Source: Chloroflexota bacterium
Lineage (GTDB): Bacteria; Chloroflexota; UBA11872; VXNJ01
NCBI GenBank assembly: GCA_965261345.1
Contig: OZ253449.1
Location: forward strand, 1,696,001 to 1,760,000
DNA length: 64,000 nucleotides
Reading direction: 5' to 3'
The notes under the pieces are model-generated. The model saw only the letters and a program-made list of their open reading frames with translations. It did no database searches and was not told the DNA's origin. Below, piece by piece: positions 28,801-36,643 of this stretch (position 1 is the first letter of the stretch; each line of letters starts with the position of its first letter). The translations under genes were made by a program, and so were the position numbers.

Positions 28801-31461
28801 TTGCGCGGGATAAGGCGCGCCGTTTACCTGGCCGAACGGCGACCGGGCTACCTGGCACTGGTGGCCGTCGTACTTGCCACCGCCCTCTTTTATCGCCGTT
28901 TCCTGTTTGAGGGGCTGGTACCTGGAAGCTACGACTTCCAAAATTACGCCTTCGCCCATCTCGCCCACCTTTTTGCCGCCCTCGGCGAGGGACGTCTGCC
29001 CCTTTGGGATCCCTATCGGCTACTCGGGGTCCCTTTTCTGGCCAATCCACAGACGGCGGTCTTTTATCCAGTGAACCTGGCCCTTGCCTGGGCCCAGCCG
29101 ATCTACGCGCTCACCGCCGGCGTTGTCATCTCCAGCCTGGTCGCCGGGTTGGGGATGCTCGTTTTCGTTCGGATCGGACTGCGCACCGGCTGGATCGGCG
29201 CACTGGTGGCGGCATTGGCATTTACCTTCGGCGGATATATGGCCGCCCGCGTCGGCCTGCCAAATCAGTTGGCGGTAATTTGCTGGTTGCCCTGGATCAT
29301 GCTGTGCGTTGATCGGTTGCTGGCTCGTCCAAACCTCATGCTGGGAGCGATTATGGCTGTCCTGCTGGCGCTGCAATACCTGGCCGGGCATTTCCAAGTC
29401 CAGTACATCGCGCTGGCAACGGTCGGTCTGTATCTGCTGGCGCGGTTATTTAGGATCACTGTGGTCTCGGGTTCCGAGGCGTTGCCGGGGCTGTTGCGGT
29501 CGCTGCTCACCCTGGCCGTTGCGGTGGCTTTGAGCGTCGGCCTGGCCGCGGTGCAGCTGCTGCCTACCCTGACCCTGCACTCGCTCTCGCTCCGTCAGGA
29601 GGGTTTGCCCATCTGGCATCAGAATGCCTTTGCCCTACCCAAAGAGGCGATCGGCTCGGCCTTGCTGCCAAGTTTTACCGAGCGTGGACCGAGCGAGGAA
29701 TACCTGGCCTACGTGGGGATCGCGGCGATCTGGCTGGCGGGCCTGGCCCTGCTATCTAAGGACCGTCGATTCGCGGCGTTTGCCTTTTTGGGTCTGGCGA
29801 TCCTTGGAATCTGGATTTCGCTGGGATTGGCCGCACCATTGTTTTCGGTGTTATCGGACTACCTCCCTGGATTCAACCAGTTTCGGGTTCCCTCCCGTTG
29901 GCTACTGCTGACAACGTTTGCCCTGGCCGCTCTGGCCGGATTGGGGGCCGATCATGTCAGCCGGCTGACCCGGGCCAACTGGTTTGCGACCGCCGGTCGC
30001 TCATTGGCGCTCACCGGTGCCGCTGGGGTGGTGCTGGCGCTTACCAGTTGGGGATTGGGCTGGGTCTCAGCCCTGCAACTGACGGCCTGGCTTACCGCCG
30101 CCGCCGCGGCGTTCCTGCTGCTCTCCTATGTCGCGCCGGGCCGCACCCGCTGGCGGGTACTGCTCCCGGGGTTCCTGTTCATTGAACTGCTCTTGGCCCA
30201 GCACGCCCTCGACATGAACGTTCTGGCCAGTCCCGCGCAGGCTTATCTGGAACCCGGTCCGGTCGTTGCCCGGTTGGCCAGCGGCCCCGCCGCACCGCGG
30301 GTCCTCTCCGTCGCCGACACTTTTTATGACATCCACCGGGAGCGCATTTATTCGGAGGTCCAGCAACCCTTCGGGCACTACGGCCGATCGGTGCTGGACG
30401 CCTATCAGTCGGCGATCAAATATCGCGATTCGCTCTCACCCAATCAATCCAGTGCGCTAAGAATTTCCAGTCCCGACGGTTACGATGGCGGCCTGCTGCC
30501 GCTCAAGGGTTATGTGGCTTTCCGGGATCGACTGTTGCCGGCCCGGCCCGGCAGCGAGGATTCCCGCCTCCAGCACGAATTCGTCATCCGCGAGCAGTTT
30601 CCGAGCGTCGACCTGCTGCGCGCTTTCGGGGCCTCGATCGTAATTGCCGACGACTGGTCGGACCTGCAATCAGCTAGCGGCCTGCGCCTAAATAATGACA
30701 CCACCACCCATCTGCCAACTGGAGGGCGCCTGGTCTTGACCCTCGATCCGCCGGTTGCCACCGATGCCGTCGCGCTGGCCTTGACCTCAAAGTCGCCGGG
30801 TCCGGTGGTCAACCTAACGGCCACCCTGCCGGATGGGACGGCCATTGCGCTCGGCCACCGCCCGGCAGGCGACGGGAAGATCCAGGAAATCCGGCTGAGC
30901 GCGCCGGTAACGATGGGAGTCCTGCGCATCGATGCGCATGCGCCGATCGAACTGTTGGGGGTGACGCTGATTTCCGGCGATCGCCGCCGGGCTATCCCGT
31001 TGGCCGGAATCACAGCCGACCCATCCGGCCGAGCCTTGGGGCCAGCCTTCGATCTGGAAGAGATCGGATCGGTGAGGATCTACCGGATGCGTGATCCGGC
31101 CAATCTGGTGGAGTTGCGCCAAGCGTCCGACGGAACGGTTCGAACCAACAACATCGCAATCACCTCGGCCAGGCCAGAGCGGGTCGAGATCGCAGTTGAT
31201 CCCGCCGCCGCCGGGCTACTGGTCCTGCGCCAGAGTTACTACCCCAACTGGGAGGCCAGAATCGATGGTGTTGCGACCAGTGTTCAAATGGCCGATGGAC
31301 TCTACCTGGCAGTGCCCGTGTCGGCGGGATCAAACACGATCGTGTTTGAGTATTTCGAACCGGGACTGTTAACTGGGGCCCTCATCAGTGCCCTGGCGGC
31401 CGCCGCGGTAGTGGCAATGGCGGTCACCGCCTGGGTCCGATCCGGGTCGGGACCGAAGTAG
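28801..31461 (+). CDS. YfhO-family polytopic membrane protein (putative GT-C glycosyltransferase)
   Basis: PLWDPY..GVPFLANPQ..FYP, AGHFQ, FRVPSRW and C-terminal YYPNWEA..DG motifs. Confidence 0.85.
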   Translation: MRGIRRAVYLAERRPGYLALVAVVLATALFYRRFLFEGLVPGSYDFQNYAFAHLAHLFAALGEGRLPLWDPYRLLGVPFLANPQTAVFYPVNLALAWAQPIYALTAGVVISSLVAGLGMLVFVRIGLRTGWIGALVAALAFTFGGYMAARVGLPNQLAVICWLPWIMLCVDRLLARPNLMLGAIMAVLLALQYLAGHFQVQYIALATVGLYLLARLFRITVVSGSEALPGLLRSLLTLAVAVALSVGLAAVQLLPTLTLHSLSLRQEGLPIWHQNAFALPKEAIGSALLPSFTERGPSEEYLAYVGIAAIWLAGLALLSKDRRFAAFAFLGLAILGIWISLGLAAPLFSVLSDYLPGFNQFRVPSRWLLLTTFALAALAGLGADHVSRLTRANWFATAGRSLALTGAAGVVLALTSWGLGWVSALQLTAWLTAAAAAFLLLSYVAPGRTRWRVLLPGFLFIELLLAQHALDMNVLASPAQAYLEPGPVVARLASGPAAPRVLSVADTFYDIHRERIYSEVQQPFGHYGRSVLDAYQSAIKYRDSLSPNQSSALRISSPDGYDGGLLPLKGYVAFRDRLLPARPGSEDSRLQHEFVIREQFPSVDLLRAFGASIVIADDWSDLQSASGLRLNNDTTTHLPTGGRLVLTLDPPVATDAVALALTSKSPGPVVNLTATLPDGTAIALGHRPAGDGKIQEIRLSAPVTMGVLRIDAHAPIELLGVTLISGDRRRAIPLAGITADPSGRALGPAFDLEEIGSVRIYRMRDPANLVELRQASDGTVRTNNIAITSARPERVEIAVDPAAAGLLVLRQSYYPNWEARIDGVATSVQMADGLYLAVPVSAGSNTIVFEYFEPGLLTGALISALAAAAVVAMAVTAWVRSGSGPK

Positions 31462-31467
31462 GCTGCG

Positions 31468-32676
31468 ATGCGCGTCGGGTTGCTGGCCCCGGGCCCGATC
31501 AGGCCCGGCGGAACCACCACCGCCCGGGTGCTCCCGATGGCCCGCGCCCTGGCGGTGGCCGGGCATTCGGTTGACGTGCATCTTCCCGGCCCAAGCGTCG
31601 AATCGGGCGGCGACCCTAATGTCAATCCCAGGCTGCTGGGTTTCGCCGCGCCGTGGATATTTGGCTGGCCGCTTATCGGCGCCCTGGTGCTGGCGATCGG
31701 TGGCGGTTGGCGACTTTGGCGAGGCCATTACGACGCGGTCCACGTGTTTAAGCCGACCGGGGGCACCGGGATGGCGGCGGCCCTGTTATGGCTGTTGCGA
31801 TCCGACCCGGTGGTCGTGCTAGACACCGATGCCTGTGAAGGGTCGTCGGCCCTGTCACCGCTGGAATTTCATTCCGCGCTTTGGCGTTACTGGGCCGATT
31901 TTCAGGAGCGGGTTTTCCTGCGCACCAACGATGCGGTAACCACCGCCAGCGCCTATCTGTTAGATCGCCTCGCGGCCGGCCGTCCCAAGGTCCGGATTCC
32001 CAACTTCTGCGATCCGATGCGCCATCGCCAGGTCCAACGCGAGCAGTTGCGGGTCGCCGGCAGGGCGGCCTTAGACATCCCTGCGGAGAGCCCGGTGATT
32101 CTCATTTACACGCGATTTGCAGAGTTTCCGGTCGACTCCTACGCCGATCTGATTGCGGCGATTCTCGATCAGATTCCCACTTGCATGGTGCTGGTCCTAG
32201 GCGACGGTCTGCGGCACGAGGACGATCGACTGCGTTTGGTTCTATCCGGTCGCGGTCTGGGCGGACGAGTCCTGCAGCTGGGCTGGGTCGAAGGGCATTG
32301 GTTGTCGCCGGTCCTAGCCAGTTGCGACGTCGCCTGCATGCCGGCCCTGGCAACGGAGGCAAACGCTGCGGCCTGCCCGGCCCGATTCGTAGACCTCCTG
32401 GTGGCCGGCCTGCCGATAGTGGCCCACGATGTCGGCGAAGCCGGGACCTACGTGATGCCGGGGCGCAACGGTCGGCTGTTACCGGCTGGCAGCGATCCTC
32501 AGCGACTGGCCGGGGCGGTCGCGCAACTGCTCGCCGATCCGCGCGAACGCGACGTGATGTACTATTCGCGGACGCGGATAGAGGGCGATTTGGCGCCCCG
32601 CCGGGCGGCATTGGCGCTGGAGGGGATCTACGCCCAGGCCAAAGCCCGCCGGGTTGGAGCCCTGCCCGATTCTTAA
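31468..32676 (+). CDS. GT4 family glycosyltransferase
   Basis: GT-B C-terminal pattern AGLPIVAHDVGE...NGRL; partly degenerate. Confidence 0.75.
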   Translation: MRVGLLAPGPIRPGGTTTARVLPMARALAVAGHSVDVHLPGPSVESGGDPNVNPRLLGFAAPWIFGWPLIGALVLAIGGGWRLWRGHYDAVHVFKPTGGTGMAAALLWLLRSDPVVVLDTDACEGSSALSPLEFHSALWRYWADFQERVFLRTNDAVTTASAYLLDRLAAGRPKVRIPNFCDPMRHRQVQREQLRVAGRAALDIPAESPVILIYTRFAEFPVDSYADLIAAILDQIPTCMVLVLGDGLRHEDDRLRLVLSGRGLGGRVLQLGWVEGHWLSPVLASCDVACMPALATEANAAACPARFVDLLVAGLPIVAHDVGEAGTYVMPGRNGRLLPAGSDPQRLAGAVAQLLADPRERDVMYYSRTRIEGDLAPRRAALALEGIYAQAKARRVGALPDS

Positions 32677-32748
32677 CCGGGATCGGTACCAACTGGCATG
32701 ATCTCCCCTACCGCCCGGGGGTGGACCGACCGTCCCGCGGGTGGTGGG

Positions 32749-34056
32749 TCAAACGGCGGTTTGACCGGTCGGCGCCTCAGGCCCTGGGGACTCGGTTGCA
32801 GCGCCCGCTATCTCCGGCTCGGCAGCGGGAGAGGGCTGCGGTGTCGGGGTCGGTTTGGTCGTTACCGTCACCGTAACGACGCTGGGTTCGATCGATAGCA
32901 CTTCGACCCGGGCCGGGGCGCTGACCATTGGCGTGAGGATGTATACACCTTCCGAGGGTGCCGGGCCCAGTTCGACGCGGGTTGAAACATCGCGCGGGGT
33001 CAGCCCGAACACCGCCACACTCAAGCCTTCCAGTACGAGATTGGCCACCGGTGGCGAGATTTGGGCCAGATACTGTGGCGGCAGGTCGAGTTCGATCACA
33101 TCGGCCAGGGCGACCGCCGAAACGATCGGGTCGACGTCCACAGTCACCCGGAAGCGTTGCTCCGGGTTGACCAGCTGGACCCCTTCCGGGGGCACCAATC
33201 CGGCCTCGGTGACCGCGGTCTGGCGTTGGCCGCGGATTATTACGGTCTCGGTAAAGACCGATTCGATCTGTGCCACTGCGTCGGGCAGCCCCGAAATCTC
33301 GGTGGTGGCCGGTACAACGTCGGTGGCCACGACCGCGAATCCGGGTAACGGACTTCCCAACGTGGCGATTGCCACGGGCACTGATTTGATGATTGTCGAT
33401 TGCGAAACCGGAGCGCTAACCGAGTAGAGGCTGGGCTCAAATTCAAGATTGGGAATTTCCCGGCCCTGCACGTCAAGCGCCCGCGGGACCAACTGCACCG
33501 CCTGCGCTTGATCGATTCCGCTGGCGATAAGTTGCACCTGCACCCGGTCGATTGCCGCAACCGCCGGCTCGGGCCCGGTGATCTGGGTCAGCGGAGGTTC
33601 GACCCTAATCCGATCAAGGTCAATGGAAAAACCGGCGGCCGGAGGGTTGTCGATAACCAACTCAACCGGTCGCGTCCGGGTCACAATGGCAGTTAGCGAA
33701 ATCGGCACGCTGGCCGGACGTACGTCAACCACCTCGACCGAATCGGCGGCGGTCACAATCAAATTGACTGCGATCAGGTGGTTGCCCGGACCGAGTTCGT
33801 CCATGTGCAATTGGGCGGTCAAGTTGCGCACCGTGACCTGGTCAAGGTCGTCTCGCAGTCCCTGCAGGACCACGTCGACCGGGAGCGGATCCAGGGTGGG
33901 TATCAGATTGGGGCCGAGGCCGACTAGATCGACTGGTATGTTGGACACGGCGAAGTTGGTAATCCGCGGATTCTGCTCGAGGGTGACGCCGATCCAGACC
34001 GCGAACCCGAACGCGATTGCCGCCCAAAAACGCCAATTGGCCCCGCCCCGAAACAG
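32749..34056 (-). CDS. cdaR: CdaR/YbbR-like regulator of diadenylate cyclase; probable CTG start
   Basis: Repeated YbbR-like beta modules (VEP..ITGP, VVP..ISG) downstream of cdaA. The frame is open upstream of GTG 33948 and encodes the TM anchor NWRFWAAIAFGFAVWIGV. Confidence 0.8.
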   Translation of the reverse strand: MFRGGANWRFWAAIAFGFAVWIGVTLEQNPRITNFAVSNIPVDLVGLGPNLIPTLDPLPVDVVLQGLRDDLDQVTVRNLTAQLHMDELGPGNHLIAVNLIVTAADSVEVVDVRPASVPISLTAIVTRTRPVELVIDNPPAAGFSIDLDRIRVEPPLTQITGPEPAVAAIDRVQVQLIASGIDQAQAVQLVPRALDVQGREIPNLEFEPSLYSVSAPVSQSTIIKSVPVAIATLGSPLPGFAVVATDVVPATTEISGLPDAVAQIESVFTETVIIRGQRQTAVTEAGLVPPEGVQLVNPEQRFRVTVDVDPIVSAVALADVIELDLPPQYLAQISPPVANLVLEGLSVAVFGLTPRDVSTRVELGPAPSEGVYILTPMVSAPARVEVLSIEPSVVTVTVTTKPTPTPQPSPAAEPEIAGAATESPGPEAPTGQTAV

Positions 34057-34093
34057 GCGTCGGGCACGCCAACGCGCCCGTCTCGACGATCGC

Positions 34094-34933
34094 CTACCGC
34101 TGATTGCGGACCAGCCAGGAAGGTCTGTGGATCCAGCGCCGCCGGCGCTGGATCCGGGAGGGCGCCAGTATGGCCTGCAGGCGTCGGCGCAGTTGTTCTT
34201 CGGTTAAATGTTGGGCTAATTTGCCGTCCGCGGCCAACGCGATTCCGCCGGTTTCCTCGGAAACCACCACCGCGACGGCGTCGGTGACCTCGGTGATCCC
34301 CAGGGCGGCGCGATGCCGAGATCCAAGATGGCGGGCGCTGGTTGACTCGGCGGTCATCGGCAAAATTGAACCGGCCGACAGGACGGTGCGGCCGCGGATG
34401 ATTACCGCCAGGTCGTGCAGTTCCGAATTGGGAAAGAATATCGACAGCAAAAGGGCGGCCGATAGCCGTCCGCCGATCTCGGTGCCGGTGCCGGCATAGT
34501 CGGCCAGTCCGACGTCGCGTTCAATCACTACTAGGCCACCCCACGAACGGCGCGAAAGCTCGGATGCGGTCCGCGTTATCGCGGCGATCGTCTGCTCGTC
34601 CTCCCACGCGCCAAAATGCCAGGCAAACCCCAATGTGGTGCTGGATCGCCCCAATCGCTCAAGGACCCGCCTGATCTCGGGCGCGAATACCACCGCAACC
34701 ATCAAAATCAACGAAGGCGCGGCATTGGCCAACCAGGTGGTAAGCGGGAACTGGAAGAAAACCCCCATCACGAACAGGAGTAGCACCAGGACCAGCACCC
34801 CGCGCAGCAGGATGTCGGCCAGGGTGTTTTGAAATACCGATAGACCTATGTAGATGACCAGCGAGACAATGACGATCTGCAGTAGTGCGAAAAGATTGAA
34901 TTCGCCCGCCAGATAGGTCACCTGATCGATCAT
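34094..34933 (-). CDS. cdaA: Diadenylate cyclase CdaA/DacA
   Basis: Three N-terminal TMs, PEIRR.LE.LG, LHDLAVII (DGA position), GSRHRAALG and VSEETG. Confidence 0.93.
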   Translation of the reverse strand: MIDQVTYLAGEFNLFALLQIVIVSLVIYIGLSVFQNTLADILLRGVLVLVLLLFVMGVFFQFPLTTWLANAAPSLILMVAVVFAPEIRRVLERLGRSSTTLGFAWHFGAWEDEQTIAAITRTASELSRRSWGGLVVIERDVGLADYAGTGTEIGGRLSAALLLSIFFPNSELHDLAVIIRGRTVLSAGSILPMTAESTSARHLGSRHRAALGITEVTDAVAVVVSEETGGIALAADGKLAQHLTEEQLRRRLQAILAPSRIQRRRRWIHRPSWLVRNQR

Positions 34934-34951
34934 GCCGCCGGTGCGCCCGCC

Positions 34952-35920
34952 CTATCGCGTAAAAACATCCAAACCAGCCAATCCGCTGGGACCGCGAACA
35001 ATGTGCACCAGCAGTGATTTCTGGGCATGCAGACGGTTCTCAGCCTGATCAAACACTACCGATTGCGGGCCGTCGAGTACCGCATTGGTAACTTCCTCGC
35101 CGCGGTGGGCGGGCAAGCAATGCATAAAAATCGCCCCCGGTGCGGCCATCGCCAATACCCCAGTATCAACTTGGTAGGGGGCAAATACCTTGCGTCGGGT
35201 TTCGGTTTCGGCCTCCAGGCCCATCGAAATCCAAGCGTCGGTGTAGACCACCTTACTTCCGGATAGGGCCTCGCCCAGGCATTCCGTAACGTGTACCTTC
35301 CCGCCTGCCGCCCGGGCGGCGTCCACAATCTGGGCGTTGGGCTCATAGCCAGCCGGACACGCCAAGCGCAGGTCAAGGCCGACCAGCGGAGCCGCCTCGA
35401 CCAACGAGTTGGCAACGTTGAAGCCGTCGCCCACGTAAGTTACCGGTAGCCCATCGAGCCGGCCGAACCGTTCCCTCATGGTTTGCAGATCGGCAATGAC
35501 CTGGCACGGATGCGAGCGGTCCGAGAGGCCGTTAATGACTGGAGCCCGGCAGGCAAGCGCCAGCGCCTGCAGGGTCGAATGCTCGATAACCCTGGCCATG
35601 ATTGCATCCACCCACCGCTCCAGGTTGTGGCCAACGTCGGCGATCGATTCGCGCACTCCCATTTGCATGTGCTCCTGGCCCAGGTCAATGCAGACCCCAC
35701 CTAGGTGGGTCATCCCGACCTGAAAGGTAGTCCGAGTTCGCAACGATGGATGCTCAAAGATCAGCGCTAGGGAGCGCGATTCGAGCAGGCGGTGGGGCAC
35801 GTCCGCCCGCTGGGCGCGCTTTAACAGGTCGGCGCCATCGAGCAGCATCTGTAGCTGTTGTGCGCTGATGTCGGCGATGTTGAGGAAATCACTACCTTTT
35901 AGATGTCGCGGTGTAGCCAT
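34952..35920 (-). CDS. argF: Ornithine carbamoyltransferase
   Basis: PSLRTR, HPCQ, YTDAWISMG, HCLPAHRGEE and QAENRLH motifs. Confidence 0.95.
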   Translation of the reverse strand: MATPRHLKGSDFLNIADISAQQLQMLLDGADLLKRAQRADVPHRLLESRSLALIFEHPSLRTRTTFQVGMTHLGGVCIDLGQEHMQMGVRESIADVGHNLERWVDAIMARVIEHSTLQALALACRAPVINGLSDRSHPCQVIADLQTMRERFGRLDGLPVTYVGDGFNVANSLVEAAPLVGLDLRLACPAGYEPNAQIVDAARAAGGKVHVTECLGEALSGSKVVYTDAWISMGLEAETETRRKVFAPYQVDTGVLAMAAPGAIFMHCLPAHRGEEVTNAVLDGPQSVVFDQAENRLHAQKSLLVHIVRGPSGLAGLDVFTR

Positions 35921-36078
35921 TTCCCAAGTTCCATAGTCATCCGGCGCTATTCGCATGTTTGCGGTTTTTATTTTCCAATATTGTTTGCGTAGACAATCTG
36001 CCGCCGCTAGCGGTAGGTCTATTTGAACGCAAAGCGGCCGGGGCCGACCCCACCTTCTAGTAATCGATTGCACTTGCC

Positions 36079-36354
36079 ATGGAATTTAAGGATTTGTTGC
36101 TGCAGATCCCGCCCTGGGTCTATCTCGGGATAACCCTGGCGCTGATGGTTTCGCTGCTCTTCTACGCGCTGCTTGGACATCGCCAGCGCTCGCCGTTGCT
36201 GTACCTGCCGGCCGGATTGGCAGGGTTCTTCGTCGGCAATTGGGCCGGCAACGCCATCGGCTTGGCAACCCTCCAACTCGGTGACATCCAGGCACTGGCG
36301 GCGATCGCCGGATCGCTCCTGATTTTGATCCTGGTGCACCTGATAGTCGCTTGA
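36079..36354 (+). CDS. Small three-TM membrane protein, unknown function
   Basis: 91-aa hydrophobic ORF filling the gap divergent from argF. Confidence 0.7.
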   Translation: MEFKDLLLQIPPWVYLGITLALMVSLLFYALLGHRQRSPLLYLPAGLAGFFVGNWAGNAIGLATLQLGDIQALAAIAGSLLILILVHLIVA

Positions 36355-36455
36355 GTCCCGGTCGGCCGCTGCCGTCGACCTGCTAAACCGCGCCGGTTCC
36401 TGTAACCTTGGCAGGTAGCCGAACATTTCTGGCTAGTTGTGAGTCTTAAAGCGCA

Positions 36456-36566
36456 ATGGGCAAATTCCTCTTCTCGCTTTTGGTCGCGCTGGTCTTCGGT
36501 GCCGCCTACCGGATCCTGCGCGACGACGCCGACGCGCGGCTAGCGGTCATGGTCCGGCCACGCTAA
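36456..36566 (+). CDS. Putative 36-aa single-TM small protein
   Basis: Manual translation MGKFLFSLLVALVFGAAYRILRDDADARLAVMVRPR; GC-rich third positions; below the ORF-track cutoff. Confidence 0.55.
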   Translation: MGKFLFSLLVALVFGAAYRILRDDADARLAVMVRPR

Positions 36567-36643
36567 CCCGCCACGGCGGGATTGGTTCCTGCCGTAGCCT
36601 GAGCGGGCGCGGCTAGGCGGACCCAGTTGGCAAGGCACCCGAT

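Noticed and set aside
36355-36643. T-box leader for alaS
   Set aside because: No GGTGGNACCGCG antiterminator motif; the space is better explained by a small ORF.
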